Origin: an uncultured Acidobacteriota bacterium
GTDB taxonomy: Bacteria > Acidobacteriota > Vicinamibacteria > Vicinamibacterales > 2-12-FULL-66-21
Direction of reading: 5' to 3'
Assembly: GCA_963786195.1 (NCBI GenBank)
Contig: CAWAYH010000009.1
Coordinates: forward strand, 457,011-521,010
DNA length: 64,000 bases
The first letter of the stretch is position 1. Each line of letters starts with the position of its first letter. The position numbers and the translations under genes are program-made. Of this stretch, positions 10,909-19,960 are shown one piece after another. The notes beneath the pieces are model-generated. The model had not been told where the DNA came from. It made no database searches and saw only the letters and a program-made list of their open reading frames with translations.

Positions 10909-11879
10909 GACACGCGCGACGGTTTGAGCCGGGTGATGCCGAGCTGACGGATCTTGCGATAGAGGTTGGCGCGCTCGATGCCGAGCGTGCGCGCGGCGTC
11001 GCTCATGCGCCAGCCGTGCTCCTGCAGCACGGCCGCGATGTAGTCGCGTTCGAATGACAGGCGCGCCTCTCGAAGCGTGCCGGACGAGACGACGGGGCGC
11101 GGCTGCGGCCGCGGCGGCTGCAGATCGCCGAGGACGTCCTCCTGTCGGATGACTCCTGACGTCACGCCGGTCACGAGCCGCTCGAGTACCCGCCGCAGCT
11201 CGTCAAGGTTCCCCGGCCATGGCAGCGCCGTGAGCGCGGTCAGCGCCGCCGGCGCGAGCGTCCGCTCCGTCTGGTGTTCGCGACACACTTCGTCGAGCAC
11301 CGCGCGGACAATCGCCGGCAGATCGTCGCGGCGTTCGCGCAACGACGGAACATCCACGCGCAGGCGCTGCAGCCGTTCGTAAAGGTCGCGGCGGAACCGC
11401 TGATCGGCGACGTCGTGCTCGAGTCCCGGATGCGCCGCGCCGACCACGCGAACGTTCAGCGCCGTCGTCCGCGAGCCGAGCCGCATTTCGCCGTCACGCA
11501 GGAGCCGCCACAAGCGGAGCTGCGCCGCCGCCGGCAACTGCGCGATGTTGGACAGCAGCAGCGTGCCGCCCCGCGCGCGGGCCAGGAGGCTCCCGCTGTC
11601 GACGGTCTCGAGGTCCGTGCGACGGCCAGGCGTACGCCCGAACAGATCGCGAACGGCGTGGTCCGCGGACCGGTCGGCACAGTCGAACGCGCAGAACGGG
11701 CCCGCGCCGTGGATCGCGCGCGCGATCCGCTCGGCGTTGAACCCGCGCTCGGCCACGATCAGCACGGGATCGTACGAGCGCGCCGCCCGGTGGACCGCGT
11801 CCGCCGCGACGATGACGGCGGGGGATTGTCCGAGGAGCTCGGGGGGCAGCATGGATGACAGCTCCGCCCCGTCAGTCAC
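10905..11879 (-). CDS. Sigma-54-activator-like (NtrC AAA+ family) transcriptional regulator with degenerate ATPase motifs and intact Fis-type HTH; no receiver domain
   Basis: AAA+ sigma-54 interaction-domain architecture ending in HTH_8 (ARTLGIERANLYRKIRQLGI). The Walker-A position reads AERGFNAE instead of GESGTGKE. The GAFTGA loop is replaced by LFGRTPGR. An alternative ATG start is at 11852 (MLPPELLG). Confidence 0.65.
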   Translation of the reverse strand: MTDGAELSSMLPPELLGQSPAVIVAADAVHRAARSYDPVLIVAERGFNAERIARAIHGAGPFCAFDCADRSADHAVRDLFGRTPGRRTDLETVDSGSLLARARGGTLLLSNIAQLPAAAQLRLWRLLRDGEMRLGSRTTALNVRVVGAAHPGLEHDVADQRFRRDLYERLQRLRVDVPSLRERRDDLPAIVRAVLDEVCREHQTERTLAPAALTALTALPWPGNLDELRRVLERLVTGVTSGVIRQEDVLGDLQPPRPQPRPVVSSGTLREARLSFERDYIAAVLQEHGWRMSDAARTLGIERANLYRKIRQLGITRLKPSRVS

Positions 11880-11894
11880 ACGGGGCGACGCACC

Positions 11895-11923
11895 ATCCTC
11901 GCAGGATCGGCCGGGTGTGTCAA
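11895..11923 (-). promoter_or_regulatory. Possible sigma-70-like promoter (TTGACA-17-GAGGAT) for the regulator/OM-protein/exporter operon
   Basis: Minus-strand TTGACA at 11918-11923, 17-nt spacer, GAGGAT at 11895-11900. The -10 element is weak. Confidence 0.2.
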
Positions 11924-11958
11924 TAAGGATACATGGGATGTTGCATCGGCGATACAGC

Positions 11959-12880
11959 CTAACCGCCGCGCAACCGCCGTCCCAGCCACCGGAAGGGGCG
12001 GCCCGCCTGGTGGCGCAGCGTCCGTTGCTGCTTCAAGACGCCGCCGGGAAAACGGTCGTCGAACGTCGCGAGGTCCGCGTCGCGATCGCGGACGATGCCG
12101 ACCGGATGGCGCAGCTCGGCCTCGAGCTGGCCGATCGGGCGATTGGCCAGCGATCCGCCACCCAGCGTGTGTGTCGCGCCCGACCCGAACCCGATGTTCG
12201 AGACCAGGTTGACGGCGGGATGAATGGACAACGCCTGAGTCATGCAGGCGTACATCCACGCGTAGTCCCACACCGGCGTCATCCGGCCATGGTGCATCTG
12301 GTCGAACACGTCGAACCAGTACTCGCGCTCGTCATCTGAGTCGAACAGCTCTCGCGACTCCGGCTGCGATCGAAACGCGGGCCATGTCCTCAGATCGATG
12401 TCGAAGCGTTCCCACGCCCGCTTCCACGTCGCCCATCCCCAGACCAGCGGGTATTTCGAGAACAGGTACGAACGATCGCCGCGTCGAACCGGCTGGTAGC
12501 TTTCGCCGCTGATGTGCATCACGCGGTCGTCGAGTGCAAATCGTTCGAGCAAGGTGTCGCAGAAACCAAAGAACCGCTCAGAAGGCAGGCAGTCGTCTTC
12601 GAGCACGATCGCGCGATCGCAGGAGCCCAACACCCAGTCGAGCGCCGTCGTCACTCGCGCGGTGAGCCCCATGTTCCGCTCGGACAGGTCGTAGGCGACG
12701 TCGGCGCTCCAGTCCACCTGTTTCACGATGTCGCGCACCGCCTCGCAGGACGGCCGCTCGCCTGCGTTCGCGGGACCGTCGGTTGCGACGAAGAGACGCT
12801 GGGGACGGACTCTTGCGATCGCGTCCATGACGCGCTTGGTGGTCTCGGGCCGCCTATACGCGATCAGAAGAACGTTCATT
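11959..12880 (-). CDS. GT-A fold nucleotide-sugar transferase (HlpA-like glycosyltransferase)
   Basis: Real protein starts MNVLLIAYRRPETTKRVMDAIARVRPQRLFVATDGPAN... and carries DDCLP (DxD-like) and ...VWGWATWKRAWERFD. The ORF-track N-terminal 330 aa are antisense/read-through of the next gene. Confidence 0.55.
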
Positions 12881-13883
12881 CTTGAATCAGCGCCATCAGG
12901 CGCGCGGCCACCTGGGACGGATGATACAGACTGCCCACGTGCTGCCGACAGGCTTGCGAGCGCGCGCGCCACTCGGCGTCGTCCTCGAGCAGGCGCGTGA
13001 CGGCCCGCGCAAACGCGCGCTGATACAACCAGCCACCTGGACGACCGGCGATCAGCACACCATGCTCGCCGACGGTGGTTCGCAGCGCAAACGCCCGCGT
13101 CGTGACGGGCACTGCGCCGGCAGCCATGCACTCGGCAGCCGCCAGGCAGAATCCTTCCGGAAAGTGACAGGGATACACCATGACTTTCGCCCGCGCCTGC
13201 TGTTGCACGAGCGCCGGCCGCGGGATGTGCCCGAGGTACTCGATGCCCTGCTGACCCTCGAAGAATCGTTCGAACGCGTGCTGCGCCGAGGGCTTCGCCC
13301 AGAGGCTGAAATCCGAGGTGATCACCAGCCGGGCAGAGGGAACGCGCCGGTGAATACGCGGAAAAATGTCCTTCAGGTAATAGAGCCCGCGATCCGGGAC
13401 CGAGCAATACAGGAGCACGTTGTCGCGGGTTGCAGGTGCTTCGCGATAATCGTCGAGGCCCACCGGCGCACCGACAACGCTGATCGTGCCGCGACCGGTC
13501 GCCCGCTCGATCTGCGCGCGCTGAAAATCGGACAGCGCGCACACGTGATGCGCCCAACGCCGGCAGCGAACGATCGCATCGGGGTCCGGCACGTGAACGT
13601 CGGTCGCGAGGAATACGCGTGTGGCTCCGCCATCCCCGGCTGCGCTCGACCACTGCTTCACCAGCACGACGATTCCAGCGCGCTGCCCAACTGGTGCAAT
13701 CGGTTCGTAACGCACACCGTTCTCGAGCGTGACGGACGGCACTCGGGTCGAGACGATGACCCGCCGGCCCTGGCGTGTCAGCTCCTCGGCGAGGAGGACG
13801 ACGAGCGCCTCGGTCCCACCGACACCGGCGTTGTGGTAGGCGCCACCGGTGAAACCGGGATCGAAGTCGCACAAGAACTGCAC
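12876..13883 (-). CDS. GT4-family glycosyltransferase
   Basis: VQFLCDFDPGFTGGAYHNAGVGGTEALVVLLAEELTRQGRRV (GT4 N-terminus); C-terminal ..YPCHFPEGFCLAAAECMAAGAVPVTT. The probable start is a GTG near 13883, downstream of the ABC-transporter stop. Confidence 0.7.
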   Translation of the reverse strand: MQFLCDFDPGFTGGAYHNAGVGGTEALVVLLAEELTRQGRRVIVSTRVPSVTLENGVRYEPIAPVGQRAGIVVLVKQWSSAAGDGGATRVFLATDVHVPDPDAIVRCRRWAHHVCALSDFQRAQIERATGRGTISVVGAPVGLDDYREAPATRDNVLLYCSVPDRGLYYLKDIFPRIHRRVPSARLVITSDFSLWAKPSAQHAFERFFEGQQGIEYLGHIPRPALVQQQARAKVMVYPCHFPEGFCLAAAECMAAGAVPVTTRAFALRTTVGEHGVLIAGRPGGWLYQRAFARAVTRLLEDDAEWRARSQACRQHVGSLYHPSQVAARLMALIQE

Positions 13884-13906
13884 ATCTGCGGCATCCGATC
13901 CGAGCG

Positions 13907-15727
13907 TCACGGCTCGAGGCCCCGAATCAGCTGTTGGAACACGCCGCCGGCGGTCTCGAGCGTCTCCCATGTGCCCTGCTCGGCTATCCGGCCGCGGTCG
14001 AGCACGATGAGATGATCGGCGTCACGAATCGTCGACAGCCGGTGCGCGATCACGAGCGTCGTACGTCCGCGGGACGCATTGTGCAGCGCCTGCTGAACGA
14101 GCTGCTCCGACACCGCGTCGAGGTGCGACGTCGCCTCGTCCAGGATCAGGATGCTTGGATTGCGAAGGACGGCACGCGCGATCGCAATCCGCTGACGTTC
14201 GCCGCCGGACAACATCGCGCCGCGCTCACCGACCAGCGTATCGAGCCCCTGCGGCAGCGCCTGTGCCACCGCGACGAGATTCGCTGACGCCAGCGCGCGC
14301 TGCAGTGCCTCGTCCGTGACGTTCTGGCAGCCGTAGACGATGTTCTCCCGCAGCGTGCCGTGAAAGAGAAACGCGTCCTGTTCCACGAGCGCGGTCGCGC
14401 GATGCCAGCTCTCGGGAGAGAACTCCCAGCAGTCGCGGCCGTCGACGGTCACGCGGCCCGACGCGGGTGCCCGAAACCGGAGCAGCATGGCCGCAAGCGT
14501 CGACTTGCCCGATCCCGACGGCCCGACGATCGCCGCGGTATGCCCGACCGGAACCGTGAAATCAATGGCGTCCAGCGCCAGCGTGCCATTGGGATACCGG
14601 TACACGACCTGCTCGAAGCGCAGGTCACGCTCGAGCCCCTGGAAGGTCGTCGTGCCAAAGGAGCGTTCCGGGTACCGCGGCGTCTCGAGCCAGGACTGCA
14701 GCTCCCGAATCCCGCCGGCGAGATAGAACAGGTGTCCCTGCAGCCCATACAGCTGATTGAGGAGCGGCAGCAGCCGCAGCAGGATGAACCCGTACGCGAG
14801 CAGATAGCTGCTCAGCATGTGACCGGGCCGCACCAGGAAAATGTACGCGCACGCGACGATGATCATGCCGCCCATGACGGCCAGCGTCTCGGTCATCGGA
14901 AAGAGGAGCGACGACGCCTCCGCGCTGCGCACTTCGGCGGCGGCCTGCGCGGTACTGAGACGATGGAACTGATCGATTTCGCGCTGCTGCGAGTTGGTCG
15001 CTCGCACGATGCGGATGCCGGCAAACGACTGGGTGAGCGCCGCCGCCAGCCGATGGTTGAGGTCCGTCAGCTCGACGCCCGCCTGGCGGAGCCGCCCGTA
15101 GACGAACGAGAGCGTCGCGCCCAGCGTCACGGCCAGCAGCATGACGAGAACGGTCAGCGGCCACGAGAGGAAGAACAGCGCGGCGACGTAGAAGAGCGCG
15201 ATGCTCGACCGCTGGATCAGGGACAGGACGGCTTCAAGCGCGAGCGTGCTCCGATACGTTTCGACGAGAAAGACGTTCGCGATCTCGCCGCCCGGTGAAC
15301 GGTCGAAGACGTCGAGATCCGCCAGGTGGAGCCGACGGAAGAGATCGTCGCGCAGGGTGACGGCGATCCGGCTCTTGAGGGTGGCCGTGAGCACTTGTGA
15401 CGCGTAGCTCGCGACGTTCTTGGCCGCGATCGCGCACACGATGGCGACGCAGATCGCGCCCACGTAGAAGGCCGGTGAATGCCCGGGGAGCGTGCGCTGG
15501 AGCCACTGCAGCGGCCGCATCGGCGCCGCGTTCTCGCCGCCGAGGAGCAGGTTCAGCAGCGGGACGAGCAGGCCCACGCCGACCCCCTCGAAGAGCACCA
15601 CGAGCAGCGCCGCCACGATCACGACGGTCAGGCGCAGCGGATGATGGGCGAGGTAGGGTTTGAGGAATTGAAGGATCTTCCTGAGTTCGGCGAGGTGCTG
15701 GAGCCAGGCTCTCACGGATGGCCGCAA
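13907..15727 (-). CDS. ABC transporter, fused permease/ATP-binding protein (MsbA-like exporter)
   Basis: Intact 606 aa. Six-TM N-domain. Walker A GPSGSGKST. ABC signature LSGGERQRIAIARA. Walker B ILILDEATS. H-loop IAHRLS. Confidence 0.85.
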   Translation of the reverse strand: MRPSVRAWLQHLAELRKILQFLKPYLAHHPLRLTVVIVAALLVVLFEGVGVGLLVPLLNLLLGGENAAPMRPLQWLQRTLPGHSPAFYVGAICVAIVCAIAAKNVASYASQVLTATLKSRIAVTLRDDLFRRLHLADLDVFDRSPGGEIANVFLVETYRSTLALEAVLSLIQRSSIALFYVAALFFLSWPLTVLVMLLAVTLGATLSFVYGRLRQAGVELTDLNHRLAAALTQSFAGIRIVRATNSQQREIDQFHRLSTAQAAAEVRSAEASSLLFPMTETLAVMGGMIIVACAYIFLVRPGHMLSSYLLAYGFILLRLLPLLNQLYGLQGHLFYLAGGIRELQSWLETPRYPERSFGTTTFQGLERDLRFEQVVYRYPNGTLALDAIDFTVPVGHTAAIVGPSGSGKSTLAAMLLRFRAPASGRVTVDGRDCWEFSPESWHRATALVEQDAFLFHGTLRENIVYGCQNVTDEALQRALASANLVAVAQALPQGLDTLVGERGAMLSGGERQRIAIARAVLRNPSILILDEATSHLDAVSEQLVQQALHNASRGRTTLVIAHRLSTIRDADHLIVLDRGRIAEQGTWETLETAGGVFQQLIRGLEP

Positions 15728-15770
15728 GGATACCGCAAGAAAACGGATGCCGCGGAACGGACGCGCGCGC

Positions 15771-16880
15771 TCAGCCCAGCCGCTGAATCCAATTTGCCAG
15801 CTCTCGCGTCTTGTCCTCCGCTCGATAGGTCAACGCGACGGCGTGTGCCGCGTCGCCGAGCCGGCCGCGGAGGGCCGGGTCGCCGTCGAGACGCGCGACC
15901 GCGTCCACGATCGCCGGAGCGTCGCGCTTCCCAACGAGAATCGCGCTCTCCTCGTGCGTCAGCGCGTCGATCGCGACACCGACCTGAGTCGTGACGATCG
16001 GCAGCCGCGCGGCCATGGCTTCGAGCAGCGCCATCCCGAATCCCTCGTAGAGGCTCGGGAACAGGAAAATGTCGGCCTCCCGATACAGCGCAGGCAGCGC
16101 CGCACGTTCGACGCGCGGATGGACGTTAATACGTGAGCGAATGGCGGGAGGAAATGCCGACACGATCGCGGCCGCATCCGTCAGCGTGCCCGCACAGACC
16201 AGCCGCATGTCTGGATGACGCGGCGCCAGCTGGATGAACGCGTCGCGCAGGTACTCCACGCCCTTCATCTCCAGCCACTGCCCCACGTACAACAGCGTGC
16301 GAACAGGCCGAGCCGTTCTGGCTGGGGCGAAGAACTCGTCCGGAACGCCGTGAGCGAATGTCCGGATCCGATCGGATCGGGCCCAACCGTGCTCCAGTAG
16401 ATACGCCTGCTCGGCGCTGTTCAGGCACGCGACCCCGGTTGCGTGCTGACACGAGCGTCGCAGGAACACCGGCATCAATCGCTCCTGGAGCATGCGATAC
16501 CGCCAGCTGAGCCCGGTCGACTTGCGCATCTCCTCGAGCAGCTCCCGATGGTAGAGCGGTTCGAGCCCATGGAACGCGACGACGGTTTTCAGCTCCCCCG
16601 AAGCCGTCGCCGGCCCGGCAAGCCAACCGGCATAGCTGTGAAAGACGACCAGATCCAGGTCGTTCCGGTGCGCACCCACCCAGCGCCGCACCGCCAGCGG
16701 ATACACGAGCGGCGTCCAGCGGCCGCCGGCTCGCCGGGCAAGAAGATCGTCGGGCGTGACCATCGCCACGACGCAGCCACGCTGCGTCAACTCACCCGCC
16801 AGGGTTTGATAGGTCAGGAATACAGAGGACTGCGGATCGCCGGGGGTCTGGAGAACGATTGCTATTCGTCGGTTCAATGG
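15771..16880 (-). CDS. GT4-family glycosyltransferase
   Basis: (L)NRRIAIVLQTPGDPQSSVFLTYQTLAGELTQRG...; C-terminal ..IFLFPSLYEGFGMALLEAMAARLPIVTTQVG. The same reading frame continues upstream into the E1-beta C-terminus without a stop. This is interpreted as a lost stop, not a fusion. Confidence 0.6.
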   Translation of the reverse strand, partial: PLNRRIAIVLQTPGDPQSSVFLTYQTLAGELTQRGCVVAMVTPDDLLARRAGGRWTPLVYPLAVRRWVGAHRNDLDLVVFHSYAGWLAGPATASGELKTVVAFHGLEPLYHRELLEEMRKSTGLSWRYRMLQERLMPVFLRRSCQHATGVACLNSAEQAYLLEHGWARSDRIRTFAHGVPDEFFAPARTARPVRTLLYVGQWLEMKGVEYLRDAFIQLAPRHPDMRLVCAGTLTDAAAIVSAFPPAIRSRINVHPRVERAALPALYREADIFLFPSLYEGFGMALLEAMAARLPIVTTQVGVAIDALTHEESAILVGKRDAPAIVDAVARLDGDPALRGRLGDAAHAVALTYRAEDKTRELANWIQRLG

Positions 16881-19332
16881 TTCAGTAGGCCGACGAGCAG
16901 CCGCGCCGCGCGCTCGATTTCCGCTTCTCCGGGCAGGAACGACTGCCTCGAGCGGCGGCGAGTACGGGACCGGCGTGTCGAGCGCGCCGATGATGCGGAC
17001 CGGCGCGTCGAGCGACTCGAACGCCTCTTCCTGGATGATCGCGGCGAGGCTCTCGCCGATGCCGCCCGTGCGCGTGTCCTCGTGCACGATGAGGACGCGG
17101 TTGCAGTGCCGCGCCACGGCGAGGACGGCGTCGCGGTCGAGCGGCGCGAGCGACCGCAGATCGAGCACGCTCGCCTCGATGCCGTCGGCCGCGAGCCGCT
17201 CGGCGACGCGCATGGCGGCGTGGACGTACGCGCCGTAGGAGATGATCGCGAGATCGTCGCCGGCGCGGCGCAGCGCGGCCTGGCCGATCGGCGATCGGCG
17301 CGGGCGGCTCGCCGTCGAGCTCCTGCTTGATGCGCGGATCGCGGTAGAGCGCGATGTGCTCGTAGTAGAGGACCGGATCCGGATCGGCGACGGCCGCCGC
17401 CATCAGCGCGCGCGCGTCGGCCGGCGTCGACGGGACGACGATCTTCAGCCCGGGCGTGCGATAGAACCACGGCTCGGTGTTCTGGCTGTGGTACGGCCCG
17501 GCGTGCCGCAGACCGCCCCACGGCATGCGCACGACCATCGGGCACCGAGCCGCCCCAGCGGTAGCGGATCTTCGCGGCGTTGTTCACGAGCTGGTTGAAG
17601 CCGGTCGCGACGAAGTCGTTGAACTGCATCTCGCCGATCGGCCGCTGGCCGGCGAGCGCGGCGCCGACGCACACGCCGAGCACCGCGCCCTTCGGCGAGC
17701 GGCGAGTTGAGGATGCGATCGCCGAACGTCTCGAGCAGCGGCCGCAGCAGCAGGAACGCGTTGCCGTACTCGCCGCCGACGTCCTCGCCGTAGACGAAGA
17801 CGCGCGGATCGGCCGCGAGCGCGTCGCGGAGCCCGAGCATGACGCCTTCGAGGAACGTGCTGCCCTTCGGATCGAACGGCGGGCCCGTGTCGAGCGGCGG
17901 CAACGGCGCGGCGAGTCGACCTGCGTCGCGGACCTGCGGTTCGAGCACCTCGACGCGCCCGCGCGGCGGCTCGTCCGGCGAACACACCCCGCCCCGCCTC
18001 GTCCGGCATCGGGCCACGGCGCGTCGATGACCGCCTGCGCCTCGCGCCTCGACCAGCGCCTCGGCCTCGCGCTTGCAAGCGATCGAATCGCCCGCCTCGA
18101 TCAGCCCCTCGCGCTCGAGCCGCGTGCGCGTACGAGCGGAATGCGGATCGCGCGCCGACCAGAAGGCGTAGCAGCTCGGGGTCGGCGTAGCCCGGCGCGA
18201 CGAGCGGCGGATACTCCCACGACGGCTGCGGATCCTTCCCGAGATAGAGCATGTCGTCGTGGTGCGCGTGGCCGCACATGCGCATGCACACGAGCTCGAT
18301 GAGCGCGGGGCCTTGCCCGTCGCGCGCGCGTTCGACCGCCCACGCGAACGCCGCGGCGATCTCGTCGGGATCGGTGCCGTCGATCGTGATGCCCGGAATG
18401 CCGTAGCCGGCCGCCTTGTCGGCGAACACGCGGACGGCGGACTGATCGCGCGACCGGCGTCGACAGCGCCGTCTGGTTGTTCTGCACGCAGAAGACGGCC
18501 GGCAGCCGGCGCGCGGCGCACAGGTTGATCGCTTCGTGCCATTCGCCGAGCGACGAGCCCCCTTCGCCGATGAACGACAGCGCCACGCGGCCGCTTCCCT
18601 CGCGCGCGAACGCCATCGCCATCCCGGCGATCGTCAGCGTGCCGATCGCCAGCGGCGCGGCCGCCGGCAGGATGCCCGAAGTCGAAGTCGCCGATGTGCA
18701 GGTCCTTGCCGTTCATCGGCGGGCCGGCCTTGGCCATCTGCGCCGAGAGCACCATCCGGACGGTCTCGCGGCGCCGGCCGCATCGCCAGCGCGACGCCCA
18801 GATCGCGGATGAGCGGCGCGACGACGTCGCCGCGCCAGCCCGTCGGCGTCGCGGTACGCGTCGCCGCGGCGCAGCCGGATGCCGGCCGCGTAGATCGCTT
18901 CCTGCCCGAGCGATCGGAATCCCTTGCCCTGGAACGGCGCGTCGCCGTAGCGGACCTCGCCGCCGGTGAAGAACGTCTTCAGCCGGTTGTCGGTCGCGCG
19001 CGTCAGGACCATGCCGCGCAGGATCTCGCGGCGCTCGTCGCGGCGTGAGCGACGCGCGGATCGCCGCGCGGCGCAGGAAGCCGTCGCACGCGTCGACGAT
19101 CTCGTCGACGGCCGCCGCGAACCGCTGCGGCGCCTCGACACCCGGGGTCGTTTCGTCGATCGGCGGGGGCGAGCGCCTGCAGTTCGCGGCGCAACGAGGG
19201 TCCGAATGCGTGTCGCAGCCGCTCGAGTGTCGCCTCGTCGGCGTCGTTGCCGATCTGAACGCCGCACGACGCGAGCGCGCCGCGGACGACCTGTAGCGCA
19301 AAGGGGAACCGCTCGATGACGAAAGCCTCGAG
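16877..19332 (-). CDS. 2-oxoacid (pyruvate/branched-chain) dehydrogenase E1 component, alpha and beta fused; heavily frameshifted
   Basis: Alpha pieces: EILRGMVLTRATDNRLKTFF..., ...SFIGEGGSSLGEWHEAINLCAARRLPAVFCVQNNQTA, ...GIPGITIDGTDPDEIAAAFAWAVERARDGQGPALIELVCMRMCGHAHHDD. Beta pieces: KGSTFLEGVMLGLRDALAADPRVFVYGEDVGGEYGNAF, MQFNDFVATGFNQLVNNAAKIRYRWGG, ..RMPWGGLRHAGPYHSQNTEPWFYRTPGLKIVVPSTPADA, C-terminal ..DAPVRIIGALDTPVPYSPPLE. The pieces are scattered over all three frames. Confidence 0.55.
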
Positions 19333-19393
19333 GCGGTGAGCGAGATTCAGTACGTGTCGTAACCGACGCCCGCGACATCGGGCAGATGGTACA

Positions 19394-19858
19394 TCAGGCG
19401 CCAGCGGCCTGACGAATGAACGCCTCGATGTCCGCGGCAGGACGCGCGCCGGCAGTCCGCGCCATTTCGCGGCCGCCAGCAAACACCGCCATCGTCGGAA
19501 TCGATTGGATCCCGAATCGATCGCCGAGCTCCGGCACCGCGTCCGTGTTGACCTTGACCACGGCATAGCGTCCCGCGTTGTTGGCGGCGACACGCGCGAT
19601 CTCCGGCGCGACCATGCGGCAGGGCCGACACCACGGCGCCCAGAAATCGACGACGACCGGAAACTTCGAGGACTTCACCAGCGCGTCGAACGCCTCGGTG
19701 CTCGGCACGTCGATCGGCTCGGCCGGCACGGGCAGCGGAGTTCCACACTTCTTGCACTTCGCGAGGTGCCCCTCCTGCCCGAACGGCAGCCGGTTCCGCT
19801 GCTGGCACGAGCCGCAGGTCACGATGATGCCGCGCGGATCCATCTCGGTGTTCGACAT
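19394..19858 (-). CDS. Thioredoxin with N-terminal zinc-finger (Trx2/TrxC-like)
   Basis: CGSC...CKKCGTPL zinc ribbon followed by WAPWCRPCRMVAP (WCxxC active site). Start taken at the second Met (MSNTEMDPRG). Confidence 0.8.
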   Translation of the reverse strand: MSNTEMDPRGIIVTCGSCQQRNRLPFGQEGHLAKCKKCGTPLPVPAEPIDVPSTEAFDALVKSSKFPVVVDFWAPWCRPCRMVAPEIARVAANNAGRYAVVKVNTDAVPELGDRFGIQSIPTMAVFAGGREMARTAGARPAADIEAFIRQAAGA

Positions 19859-19960
19859 GGGGTCAGGATACAAAATACAGGACACAGAATACAGGACACA
19901 GAGATACAGGAGACAGAATACAAGTCCCCGAGCGCCGAGCCCCGAGCGCCGAGCGCCGAG

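Noticed and set aside
11930-11946. Sigma-54-type promoter look-alike TGGGATGTTGCAT upstream of the degenerate bEBP gene
   Set aside because: GG-to-GC spacing is about 6-7 nt instead of the required 10. It is also on the plus strand, whereas the adjacent genes are transcribed on the minus strand.
15771-17213. Apparent translational fusion of the E1-beta C-terminus (..DAPVRIIGALDTPVPYSPPLE..) to a GT4 glycosyltransferase in one 480-aa ORF
   Set aside because: The E1 gene is in a heavily frameshifted block. The 25 linker codons between the two domains are low-complexity (RRSGNRARGAAARRPTEP). The most economical explanation is a stop codon lost to a local indel, not a genuine dehydrogenase-glycosyltransferase fusion.
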